Of a stretch of 64,000 nucleotides of DNA, positions 38,765-52,164 are shown piece after piece (position 1 is the first letter of the stretch; each line of letters begins with the position of its first letter). Below the pieces are notes generated by a model. It had not been told where the DNA came from and did not search any database. It saw only the letters and a program-made list of their open reading frames with translations. Position numbers and translations under genes: made by a program. Origin of the DNA: the human T2T-CHM13v2.0 reference genome, Homo sapiens; NCBI RefSeq assembly GCF_009914755.1, contig NC_060930.1. One strand, given 5' to 3'.

Positions 38765-39799
38765 TCAACTGGCCCAAATGGGAGAACTATATCATATCCT
38801 AGGTTTTAACCTGGTTTCAGAGGTATTTAAATCAGCTTGAAATTAGGAAGAGGGATTTTACTTCTCTGTAAGAAATTTCAGTAAAAATGAAAATTAAAAT
38901 GGGAATTTGTGAACTTAGAGAGGTCAAGTATCTGAAATTTCTTATTACGTAAAAGTGCTATTTTCCTCTCGTCTTAAAACATTTAACAAAAAACCCAAAC
39001 GTTTGAGGTTAACTGCAATTCAGTGAAGTTAAGCCATTCACTACAAACAAAGTACCTGTTAAAGGTTTTGGGCTGGAAGTGAGTGATGGCAGTGCAAGGT
39101 AAACCTTCTAAGAACTTCTGCTCCTTCAGTTCTGCTCTGGACTTTGTCTGGTTAGGTGACAGGTCATTCTAGCTGCTGTGACAATAAATTTCTGACTTTC
39201 TCTGGTGTCTTAGGCTATTTAGGGAGCTGCAGAGAATTTGGGGATGAGGATTGAGAGAACTATAGCTATGCTATTTGTTTTGGTTTTCTTTTGTAGAGCG
39301 TGGAAAACCTTTATTTTACAACATTATTACCAGATTTATAGTCAATCTAGTTTATGGACTATTTCATTCACTAAACACTAATATCTAAGTTGAGATTGGC
39401 AGAGGGGATATCACAGACCTCCTTGGGTATCTGAATAAAGTATGACTTTTCTTTCCAGAAAATGCATACACAAAATTGCATACAAACTTAAATACAGGTT
39501 TCCAATTGCCCTTATGGGGCCATGCACTCAATTAAATAACTCTTTTTTTTTCTTTCTGGTGATTTCTTTCCTTTTTAATTCATACAAAATAGATATATGT
39601 AGTTTCTGGGTTGTTTCGGTCTGTCATTATTTCCAAAGATAAATTTAGTTTGTAATAGTAAAATGGATCACTTATTAATTGAGTTGTGCCAGGTTAAATA
39701 CCCAAGGGTGTTCTGCAGAATAATCTCTTACTTCCTCTGAATTAAACCTAGAGTAAACCATTAAAAAACAAACAAACAAACAAACAAACAAACACTCTT

Positions 39800-40201
<402 letters not shown>

Positions 40202-40989
40202 CTACAGTGTTCATTACCTTAGATTACAAAATAGTAAGTAGTGATTAACTGTAATTAAAGGGAGCTAGAATTACAGTATCACCAAATGCAGGCTATGTGG
40301 TTTCTCTCCCTCCCCTCAACCTTTTTTTTTTTTTTTTTTAAATGTTCCAGGGATCTCAATATATCTTCACAGAGTGATTTCTTGCCCCCGGCTTTTCCTA
40401 CCATCCCAGGAATAATAGCAACACTTATCTACCTAAAATAAACAAGCAGACACTTTTATGACAGCTGGAGACCTTGAACACACTTGGCCATGGCTTATCA
40501 GCCTCCAATGACGTAGTCGTGAAGCAAAGAACCTCTTGGACCCTTAACTTTATCACTAATAGCAACATCCCCAGCAGCCTCACGTCCGCATACAGGAGCT
40601 GGCAAAACCCTAGAAAGCAGCTGCTCTAATGCTCTCATCTGGTTCAGTGAAGTTACTTAACACAGCACTTAGAAGGGTCTGTTTCTTTCCATGCAGATAC
40701 CCTCATTAGTTATTTACGTTCAGTCTAGCAGGACAGACAAACCCAAAGAGACAGTTGAGGCTCCAAAGAGGGAAGTCAAAGAAAGAGAACTGCTTGAGGA
40801 TTTCAGGGAAGGCTTCTAGGAGGAGGTAATGCCTTAGCTGAGTATTGGAGGAAGCAGAGGAGTTAGATGACTGGAGAAGGGAATTGGGGGTGGGAAATGC
40901 AGAATTCCAATCCCAGGTGACGGCACAGGCAAAGAGGAACCGCAGTCAAGTATCACTCTTTTTTGGCCCATTCTTCAAGTTCAGATTCC

Positions 40990-41303
<314 letters not shown>

Positions 41304-43429
41304 TGATCCATTTTCCCTGCTTCAGCTGCCTTTGGCAGAACAGAAAGGTCTGCTCAGGCAGTGTGAAGCTGGCCTTGTTGCAGAAAGATCTGGTAGCCTG
41401 GCCAAGTCTGGTCTTAACAGTTAGCAGGTGCAATCTGAGCTCTTGCACTTCTTGGAGGGCAACTTTCCAGCAAGAGAAGGGCCAGTAGGTTCAGTCTAAG
41501 CAGCTACAAGGGCCCAGTGTGGGGAGGGAGTAAACATATCCAAGGAATTGAAGAAATCAAGATAAAGTCTTGGGCCTCAATGGCTTCATCTTCATAGTCC
41601 TGCATTAAGTTTACCCCATACTTCTGTGTTTGGAAGGAAAAATGCAGTCTTGACATGGCGACATCAACTACATGTGGCTGAATCTGCAGCTTCATTCATT
41701 GGGGAAGTGGTATGTCATCCATTCCAAGGTTTTGACTTCCTCTCTACCTCTGCTCCCTCCTCTCCAATCTCAGCCATTTTCTCCAGCTGTTGTTGGTAAA
41801 GAAATGATAAACACGCACATAGCTGAAGTATGACAATATTATACAGAGCTGCATTTGGGCCCCTGCTATGTAAACTAGGCTCATGTATTGAAAAACCACA
41901 ATAAGCAACAAGACACATCCCTTCTCTGAAAGCATGTTTCCGTCTAGTTCTCCTATCAAGATATTTTCCCAAGCACTTCTTAGGTGGCCCCACCACAGAA
42001 GAGAGCTGTCATATCAAAGGACAGCCCGGTGCAGAACTCGTGTGCCAACTCAGAGGACTCTCTCCCTCTGCTCCTTTCCATGGGTGCTGAGCCTGGGGAC
42101 TTGGTTTACCTTTTCTCTCGTGCTGCAGATGAGGATCTCTGTGTCTGAAGGATTACTCATTATGTGCAGAAAACAAATCAGGTCTTGTCACTCCCTCCAC
42201 CTGCAAATCTGTCTTCGTCTATCACAAATGGTAGTTCCTCTTGCTTTCTAATGTTCCATAGAAGAGAGGGGCGACTCAGTACAAGATGTAGAATTCACAG
42301 TCAGTACCTGACAGATGTTATACTTTTTAAAAAATTCAAACAAAACAAAATGATCACCTTCTACTTTTAAGGTTTCTGGCTACATGCACATTTGAACGCA
42401 GCTTGGTCTAGATTTGCTTTTTACATTTCTCTTTCATTGCAATGTTTCAAATTAAGGTAGGATGTGTGAGCAAAAGAAGGGGCAAAAGAAGAAGGAGAAC
42501 GCTATCATCTGATGAATTTATTTCAAGATCGGTAACTGGGAAAATTCTCGTTTTGCACTAATAGTAGAAGGTGTGTTTCCTTTCCCCCACCTAACCTCAG
42601 ATTGCTCAGTTCCTTGCCTCCCCTTCCACCTGCCTTGGTGTGCACAGACCCTGGAGGTGTGGGATGAGAATGGAGCTGCAGAGGAGTCTCCAAGGTGCAG
42701 AAAGAAAAGCCATGCCTGGGAGCCGCAGTTGGAAGCATCATTTCTTTGTTTTCGGCTTCATCCTGGTCACACTTCATTGCATTCTCCAGTGTGCAAACGG
42801 AGCGTTGTTTACCCATACAGATATTGGGTGGTTGTTGTTTTTATATGTTCTTCATAGCTGTTTGCTGGATTTTCCTCTGTCTTCTTCCCAGTTTGATTAA
42901 TCACTTCCCTCTTGACCCTGAAATCATCAGCCTGTCTGTGCCAAAACACCGCCTCCCACAGAGATAGGGTCTGGTGAATATATCCGTCACATAGCTCTGC
43001 TTGTTTTCCAGTCTTCGTGATTAACAGGGACAAGTGGCTCTGTGCTGGCATCTGAAAAAAAGACACTCCTATTGCTTAACCGTTGCCCAGTTTAACTCAC
43101 TTGAGGAAGTGATTTCTTGGGAATTGGCTAGGTGAAGGTTTATTGAAAGGAGTGTCCAAGATTATGATATTGGGAATTAAATAGCCAGGCAATTAACCAT
43201 CTACTTTTCCTTATGTGAGTGTACTTTACCTAATAGATATATTCTTGAAAATGTGTATCCAAGTTGAGATTAAAAAAATTATAACTAGCACAGAGGTATC
43301 AGTTACTTAAGACTCTGGTTAAAATGAACAATTTGTTTGTAAATGAATAATCCCTCTCTAATTTAGTTTCTATAAAAACAAGCATTCAAAAGGGTTGAAT
43401 TTGCTGAAAGCAAGGGCAACCTGAATCAT

Positions 43430-43910
43430 GACAAGTGCCACCGATGCTGAGGTGCGAACGGCCGGGGACTGCGCCTATCTGTGTGCGTTCACCTGTGTTG
43501 CCCTCCACACAGTCCCCGCCTGTGGTCTAGCCTTCTACTCCCTTTCCGGCCGGCAGATTCCGTCTTGCCAGTGGCTTGATATGACTTCATTTATTTGAGG
43601 TTGTGAGTCAATGTTATCAAGATCCGAATTACCCTGGGCATTGTTCATACAATGGAAGGCCGAAATGGACACCCATGACATGTAGGGCAACCGTGAGTAG
43701 AGCCTCACTCAATATGAGATTGTTCCCTGGAAAATTCCTGTGTTCACCCGACAGCAAGTGATTCAGATGTCAAGATTAAGGAAAACGACTATGGGGGTGG
43801 ACAGGTACTTTGACGTACTCTGACCTCTTTTTATAGGATTGGTTTCTTCTTCATTAGCATTTTCCCAAGTCGAGCAAAGAAATGTTGCCTACCTGAATGT
43901 CACGTCAACA
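43430..43910. promoter_or_regulatory. Candidate signal-responsive enhancer
   Basis: CpG cluster 43440-43562; AP-1 TGAGTCA 43604-43610; TTCCCTGGAA 43723 overlapping GGAAAATTCC 43729. Confidence 0.45.
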
Positions 43911-44614
43911 TCCAAATGTGCTTTTCCTCTTTCTAATGAAAGAATTCAGCCAAAGGCTGCAATGAACATGCTACGAGATACTGTTTCCAGGCAAAATCCA
44001 AAAGTTGTTTTGAGACCAAATCCTTTTTCCACTCTCTCTCCCTCTCTATGTCAAGCCCAAGAACCAGATGAGAATTGGAGTTAGTATTTGTTAGGAGCTT
44101 TTTGGAACATACCCTCATTTGCACATATCTCAATTTCCAAGTTTTACGGAAGTAATAATAGAGTATTTTGTTATAAAGGGGTATGGGATAGGGCTAAATG
44201 ACCTGGGCTGTCCCTGTGATCAGGGAGTGTCCATGTCTTATGTTCTGAAGGGTGATGTGGGCCCCACTCTTCAGATTCTTCCCTGGACCTGGAAGGGGTA
44301 CCCAGTCACATCTCACTCACCTGGCCCTCAGTGCAGACAGGGCTACAGCTGGTGCCACACTCTGGGCCCCTTTCACCAGGCTGTGAATGCTGTAGATCAA
44401 CCTTGGTTTCTCACAAGCACCCCTAGGTCTATCCTTGCTCTCTGGGAGTATTAATGCTTTCCTTATTTCCCACTAATCAGTTATTCAATCAACTCGTTAA
44501 TCCACTTCTGGGCCTGCTGGGCACAGAGCACTGTACTCTCTGTTGGGAACTGTACTCTCTGCTGTACTCACTGTACCAAGCTGAATAATACCTACTGCAT
44601 CACAATAATATATG

Positions 44615-45489
44615 ACCTCAGACCTGTTAGAATTGCTATTACCAAAAAATAAAGCATGAAAAAACCAATGATGTGTGTTGGTGAAGATGTGAATAAAAGA
44701 ACCCTTACACACGGCTGGGGAAAATGTACACTAGTACAGTCCTTATGAAAAACAGTAGGGAAATTCCTCAAAAAATTAAAAATAGGACTACCATATGACC
44801 CAGCAATTCCATTCTGGTCTAGATATATACACACTTCTAGGTACAAATCTAAAGAAATGAAATCAGTGTGTCAAAGAGCTCTCTGCACCCCCATATTCAT
44901 TGTAGCAGCATTGACAAGAGCCAAGTTATGGAATCAACCTAAGTGTCCAATGGATAAATGAATAAATGTAGATGAATAAAGAAAACGCAGGACATATAGA
45001 TAGTAGAATACTACATATCCTCAAAAAAGGCCATCTTGGCATTTGTGACAACATGGGTGAACCTGGAGGACATTTTGCTCAGGGGAATAAACCAGACACA
45101 GAAAGACAAATACAACACGATCTCACTTACTTGCAGGCTGTAAAAAAGTGGAACTCATAGAAGTAGAGAGTAGAAAGGTGGTTATGAGAGGCTAAGGTTG
45201 GGGAGAGGAGGTACAGGGATTGAGGAAATGTTAGTAAAAGGATACAAAATTTCAGTTAGGAGGAGTAAGTTCAGAGAATCTATTGTGTGTCATGGTGACT
45301 ATAGTTAATAGTAAAGTATTGCATACTCGAAAATTGCTAAGAGAGTGGATTTTAAATATTTTTACCCTAAAAAAATGATATATGTCAGCTAATGCATATG
45401 TTAATTAGCTTGATTTAGCCATTGCACAAACATTCAAAAGATCATGCTGTACATCATAAAATATACGCATTTCTTATTTGTCAATTAAA

Positions 45490-45490
<1 letters not shown>
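44615..45490 (+). mobile_element. L1MA-type 3' fragment followed by a (CA)/(TA) repeat
   Basis: ACCATATGACCCAGCAATTCC...GGAATCAACCTAAGTGTCCA...GGATACAAAATTTCAGTTAG. Confidence 0.9.
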
Positions 45491-45532
<42 letters not shown>

Positions 45533-46285
45533 CAAAATTTTTTTTAAAAGACCTCCTGCATGTTCTCAGCTAGTGAATGGTCTAGCAAGGAGGCCGACAT
45601 GCCCACAGGCAGCAAGCTCAGCACTTTGTCAAGGGTGCTAGGATAGAAACAAGCACAGAGCAAACAGAGCAGGTGTGACTGATGAGTTAATGGTTTACTT
45701 GTATTAATGCTCGTTCAGTATAAGCTGCAAGCTGGGAAATTCTTCCAAGCCACTCAAATCACTCAGCATTGGACTTTTGCTTTTCTGGTGACACATCTAC
45801 TCAAACTGGGGGAGGATGTTCTTGTAGTTATTGGCTTTGCTAAAGCAGCACCCACATTAAAAAAAATGAGAACCGAAGATAGGAAGCACATGTTTCAACC
45901 TCCTCAAACGGGAAGTTAGATTCTACTTTAGATAATCACTACTTTAAAGTGTTTTAATCATAAGAAATCATCTCAAGACATCATTAGATACTGATGGATC
46001 AATCTATAGTAAATTTGTGGAGATGTCATAAATTCAAAATTTCAAACAATACGCTAGATTTGGAAGTGGGAGACATCTTTCAGTTGTGCAAACAGAAACA
46101 GAGATAGATTAAGAAATCTAATTAAAACCTCCACCAATACCAATTAAAATGGAAATTACCTGGGAGAAAATGAGTCTTGATTAAGAGAAATGCCTGTGTT
46201 ACAGATTTTTAAATGCAAGTTAATTATTATTATTTAGCTACTACTTAATTGGCATTCATTCTATGCTAGCCTGCATTATTGGCTC

Positions 46286-46390
46286 TGTGTGTGTGTGCAT
46301 GTATGTGTGCATGCGTGTGTGTGCACCTGTGCACGTGTGTGTGTGCGTGCATGTGTGTGTGCACGTGTGTGTGCGCACGCGCACACATGC
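46286..46390. repeat. Mixed TG/CA/CG alternating purine-pyrimidine tract
   Basis: 105 bp of RY alternation with a single break at CACCTG. Confidence 0.9.
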
Positions 46391-47814
46391 TGAGTCTTCT
46401 CTCCTTATCTAAAATGTAAGTTCCTTGAGGGTAGGGATTGATGGAATTCCTAGGGCCTAGAACAGGGGTTTGCAGGGAGTGGGTACACAGAGGGTGCTGC
46501 TGTTGCTGCTACTCACGCTTTTGGCCCACCTGAACCCAAATCAGTGCTTAAAATTCTGCCAAGTCAAACCTCATTAGGATTTTTTTTAACTTCAAACCCA
46601 GCTCTTTCTGGAGGTCCTGGTTCCCTGATTCTGATGCTTTTGCAGAAGGGCATCTGAGTACCAGAGGGGAACAGGATTGGTTCCACCTTCTCTCTTTACT
46701 CAGGAGAGCACAGTAGTAACATGTGCCAGGCTTCCAAGGGAAAACAGAGCCAAATAGTGGCCATTATTATAGCATAATGCATATGTGATGGGAAAGAGGG
46801 ATTCAAAGGAATTTGGAAGGAACATAATGGAGGAACAAGGATGAATAGTTCAATTAGATCCTGGCAAAGGAATAGCTCTTTGGTTACAGGATCTGGAAAC
46901 AAACAAACAAACAAACAAACAAACTAGTGATGGAAATGAAAATAGAGTCACTGCAGAGTTTCCAAGGCAGCGAAGCAAGTGTACCAGCACAGTACAAGAG
47001 GGCTCTGATGCCCGGGGGGTGCATCTGGAAGTGACTAATTTTCATTTGTAATATGGTGCAGTGGCAAAGCATGGGGCGGAACTATCACGCTGCAAAGACA
47101 TCCACTGGGAAAGCCACCAGCCACTCTGAGCAATGTCTCTTGTCCTTACACTTAAAATGGAAGCTGCTGGAAGAAAAGGGTTTCTGCCTCTACTTACACC
47201 ACTGAGTACTTGATAGGTAGTGAGACTATGGTTTTGGAGAGCAAATGTAAACACAGCCAAGAATGGCTACTTAAGTCAATAGTGGGAGGTTGGAAGAATG
47301 AAGCTTTTATTAGACAAAAGGTCAACATTCATGAGTGAGAAGAGAGAGGTGGCGTTTGGGGGTGGGGAAGTGGTGGAGGAAGAAATTCCAAAGCATGTTA
47401 CAAATGGGGCTCAGGAATGTGTTTCAATTAGCAAAGGAAGTGAGCTAGGAGGTCTGAGTTCTGACAGGCATGGGCAGGGGGTGGAAAAGAGACAGAGGCC
47501 AGCTGGTGAGAAAAGGCTCAGAGAGCAGCGCGAACTAGTCCACAGGGATGAGGCACGTTGCCCTCAGCCCTGAGATTCTCAAGGAGGCTAGGACATCTTA
47601 AAAAATTGGACTTTTGCCCATAGCAGTGTTGAACCATCTCAGTTTGGTGCTAAAGGTCTGTGGTGGAGGCACATTTCTTCCAGCATGTGGGAACTTGAGG
47701 GGCAATTCTCTTTCTGATTCTACAGCGGATGTTGTGTAGCGTTCACCCACTCTAGGGCAATAGGGACTTTCTTTGGTGACTTCCCAGCTACGGAATGATT
47801 AGTAATAGCTAACT

Positions 47815-48242
47815 CGGCTGGTTCTTCTCCATTTGCCTGCCTCCCACCCACCCAGATTCATTCTCTTTCTTCCTTTGCCTTGCCTTGCCTCTTGAGAAGC
47901 TGAGCCTGAGGGCCACTTCTTTTCCACTCCCTGGCTTCTCACTGGATCCAGCCAGCGGGAGGGAGGCTCCTGCAAGAGGTCGGAGGCTGGAGGGAGAATG
48001 GGAGTCGGGTGCTTCCTCTCTGCTGCCTCCCTGCTTCTCTCCACAGCCTCAGCTTTCCCTGGGATCTCATAACACATCTTCTTCCCCTCCCGCTTCCTGT
48101 CCAGGCTAGTCAAGCTTCTCACTCGCCAGCCTCTGGGAACCACAGTAGCCTTGAATTGCGCTCTTTTCCCAGTTCGCACCTCTGCCTCTCCTCCTTGTTC
48201 ATCTGAAGCGAATTCTGTACCCTGCCAGACCCTGCCTGTAAC
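47815..48242 (+). mobile_element. LTR33-like (ERVL) LTR
   Basis: CTCCATTTGCC...CTGGCTTC...GGAGGCTGGAGGGAG resembles LTR33. Confidence 0.5.
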
Positions 48243-48629
48243 GCTGACTGTGCTGAGTGTTGTGACGTGCCAGACCCTGTCCCCAGCCCTCTCTGTGCAC
48301 TGACTCACTGAGTCCTTCCAACACTTATAGATGAGGCTGGTGTTCAAAAAGGTTAAGATACTTGCTCGAGGCCACAGAGTTGAGGTTTGAACCTAGGTAA
48401 TTGAGCTCTAGACCCCAAACACTTAACCACTGGTCCTTTCTACCTCTCTCCTAGCTTGAGGTCACATTGCTGAGGTACAGCTAAGAATGAGAAAGTTGCA
48501 GATTCGAAGAGCTCAAAATACATGCCAAAGGTTTATACACTAAAGCTTATTTGTAGGAAAATCTCTCAGATCATATTAACTCTTATTTTGTGCACAATTC
48601 TAACAGATAAGATACTGGATTTCCCATCT

Positions 48630-48767
48630 CAGTGGTTCTCAGCCTTGGCTACTCAACACAGTCACCTGGGGAGTTGCAAACTGTCCTCTTGCCTAGGCCA
48701 GTGAAAACACAATTCTGGAGATGGGACCCAGGAGATTTCAGCATGCTGCCAACATTCAGAACCACTG
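48630..48767. mobile_element. MER5A1-like MITE
   Basis: Terminal inverted repeats CAGTGGTTCT / AGAACCACTG. Confidence 0.8.
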
Positions 48768-49159
48768 TCCTAGCCCACAGCGGCAATTACTAGAAGGCAG
48801 GGATTACAGATGGACAGGTCGGGAGATGTAAGTAAAGAGTAGCAGCTGACAGCTACACAAAGGGAGGATAAAGAGTTAAAAAAAAAAAGCAGGGGGAAAA
48901 AGGTTCTGATCTGGGTTCATTTAATGTCTGGGCAAACTACCCCTAGGTCTGCAGACATCTTATTATTTTTATTATTACATTATACTCATTATTCTGAGCC
49001 AGTTAAAAAATAGAAATATTGTCAATATACTTGATTGAAGTAAAGGCAATAGATACCTTTTGGAAAGTTGTCTTCACCCTAAAAGGCTACATCATTAAGG
49101 ATATTCTTTAATAGGGTGAACTTGAGCTATCTGGAAGATTCACTTAAAATATGATATTT

Positions 49160-49470
49160 CCAGCTGATCTGTTGATGCCAAATAAATGAGGAATTGCTGC
49201 AGGACTGCAGATGTTTGTCAGAATACTCACACCTGCTGACTTTCAGCAGATGAGAAGTTCACTTGCTCCTGATTCATGCTCACAGATGACATTTTCATAT
49301 TTCTTGGCCCTAATGCGGGTGCTTGGACAAACACTAGAGCTCCCCAGGCCATGGCAAAAACAGAGGACGATGCCAGCGGCGCGTTCTCCTGGAAACGGTC
49401 CGCGGCACCGGGAAAAGCGAAGGCTTCGTGTGTCTCAGCGTGGGCTGCGGTCTCCCGGTTGTTATTGTTG
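49160..49470. promoter_or_regulatory. Candidate enhancer: E-box cluster plus CpG-rich patch
   Basis: Six E-boxes in 49161-49288 and many CpGs in 49368-49458, in non-repeat DNA. Confidence 0.55.
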
Positions 49471-49952
49471 GTTGTTCTTTTTGGACTGGGGTTGGAATAT
49501 TCCAACAATCTGTTCCTGACAGAAGACCAAACAACTTTTATTTCTTTCTTATGTTTCTCGTGGCTGGTCTTCTTGTTTACATGCTTGCCTGCGAAAGCTG
49601 ATGTTGTGATGTGAGGATGGCTCGCAGGATATCAAGGGTGGCTCAGGGCTCCCCCTTGCATTAGTTGAGAAGCCGGGGCCAGGCAAGGGGAAATTCAACA
49701 ATTGCCATTCCCACTGCAAACAAACAGCTCTCATCTCCTCCCGCTCCCCGCACCCCTGAAACTCCATTGCTGCTTATTCCTTCCCTCCAGTTCTTCAAGG
49801 ACTCTAGCACTGTTTTGCGTTATCTTACCTTGAAAACACAGATTTCAGCATTAGCTCACCTTGAAAACAAAGATGTCCCAGAGAAACATCGTGGGTGGCT
49901 CCCGGGAAAGGTCTTGCAGCTACAGCCTTGTCCAGGCTCAGCTCCTGCCTGG

Positions 49953-50166
49953 GCAGGATTCTCATCCTTGGCCTATTGACATTTGGGGCCAGATCATTCT
50001 TCATGGTGGGGGCTGCCTTGTGCATTATAGGATGTTTTGCATCATCCCTGGTCTCTACCCTCTAGATGTCAGTTGCATGCCTTCCACCATTTTTGACAGT
50101 GAAAAATGTCTCTATTCATTGCCAGTGTCTTGTGGGGGATGCAATTACCTCCAGCTGAGAAACAAC
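49953..50166 (-). mobile_element. MER20 hAT-Charlie element
   Basis: CTATTGACATTTGGGGCCAGAT...TGTGCATTATAGGATGTTT...CATCCCTGG..TCTACCC.CTAGATG. Confidence 0.85.
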
Positions 50167-50444
50167 ATGCCAAGGGGAAGATGTATGGAGACCTTAGCTT
50201 TCCAATTCCATCAGACACTGGGTACCCTGGGGCCAAGGAACTAAACTAACATCTCAAGGTTGTTCACTCCACCACTTGGCTGTGAGGTGTGTGGGCTGTT
50301 GTCCTCTATCTAAAGTATTTTCATGTAAGTGAAGAGTTAGACCTGTTTTGCATGGACCCTGGATTGACTGGGAACTTTCCAGCAGTCAGAACTGGCCAGG
50401 GGAAATGAGCAGCCTGAGGAGTGGCTGGCCCCCACCATGGGGAG

Positions 50445-50883
50445 GACTGGGTGTCTTCCATTTGCTCCTCCGGTGCCATCTCCACCCTCTTCTCCCCTGC
50501 TCTGCACCCCAGAGTCTGACCTGCAGTTATTCCACTGGGCGGCTCCTCTGCCCTTTGGCTTCCAGTTGAGTGGAGAAGGAAGTAAAGTCTGGACATTTTC
50601 CCCTGCCTCTCCCATCCGTACAAGGCCACTGTGGCTTGGCTATGTCCCTCAACCAATGGTCTTGACTCCTGTTGGGGGCCCCACGCTTGGAGCCCTCTTC
50701 TGCCTCCTAGGCATGGTGAGGGAGGTTTCCCTGACACTAGCCCTGGCCACTGCATTGCCCTTGGTGTTTGCCAAGCCCTGGCCTCACTTGTAGCTAGTCC
50801 TGGCATCAAATCCTCTGAGTTCCTGTTACATTAGGATAATCTGAGTGTGTCCTGTATGTCTTGCTGGGATCTTTTCTAATACA
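50445..50883 (+). mobile_element. LTR33-like (ERVL) LTR
   Basis: TCTTCCATTTGCTCCTCC...CCCTGCTCTG...TGGCTTCCAGTTG...TAATACA end. Confidence 0.65.
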
Positions 50884-51389
50884 AGAAGTCATGGGGATTT
50901 TATATTGAGGATACATGGACCTTCAAGGCCTCTTTGAACCCACAGATTCTACGACATGCATAAGCATTCAATGGTTGCTCAAACACTAGCCTGAAAAGGA
51001 AAACCTTGTCCTCTTGGCTGAGAGATAATGAATATTTATTCATAACTTCCTATATTTGTATCATTGCTGTGGAAGAAAGATAGGCATGTTTAGAATGCCC
51101 AAATGCTTGTGTTGCAGATGGTATCAGTTGTTGAACCAAGAACTACCCTTTTAAGTCTTCTTTCTTGCTTACAGAACCCTGACTTCTTCCACCTTCCTCA
51201 GAGCAGCCATGTCCTTTGAGAGGCCCTGGGCTCTTCCCCAGCCCTAAAGTGTGATATCGATTTCTATCATTCTGCCTTCCAGGATTGTCGTAGACATGGG
51301 TGCATGGTACAGTTCTGGGTTCGTTGAAAAGATAATTATGCAGGAGGTTGCTGGTAAAGTTTCTTCACTCTTAGAAAGAGACACAATGA

Positions 51390-51665
<276 letters not shown>

Positions 51666-51693
51666 TGAGATAACCAACCTCAGGATTACTCTT

Positions 51694-51992
51694 TTTTTAT
51701 ATATTTTTATTTTTATTTTTATCTTGAGACAGACTCTCGCTCTGTCACCCAGGCTGGGGTGCTGTGATGTGATCTCGGCTGACTGCAAACTCCTGGGTTC
51801 AAACAATTCTTGTGCCTCAGCATCCTGGGTAGCTGGGATTACAGGCACACACCACCCCAACCAGCTAATTTTTGTATAGATAGGGTTTTGCCATATTGGC
51901 CAGGCTTGTCTAGATCTCCTGGCCTCAAGTGATCCACCTGCCTCGGCCTCCTAAAGTGCTGGGATTACAGGGATGAGCCACTGTGCCCGGCC
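51694..51992 (-). mobile_element. Alu (S/J)
   Basis: Dimer; TSD CTCAGGATTACTCTT (51679-51693) / CTCAGAATTACTCTT (51993-52007). Confidence 0.95.
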
Positions 51993-52164
51993 CTCAGAAT
52001 TACTCTTCTCAGAGAATTATATTATGTGACATCATGAATGCTTTTATTGCTTAAGCTATTTTTGGTCAAGATTTCTGGTACTTGACCTGTAGCACAAGGT
52101 ACTTTAATACATGGTTTCAGGTGTTCATCTCCTTTAATTCAGTAATAAATAGTAGAGATTAAAA

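Noticed and set aside
47799-48347. Longest ORF (182 aa)
   Set aside because: Lies antisense over an LTR33-like element; biased composition and no homology recognised
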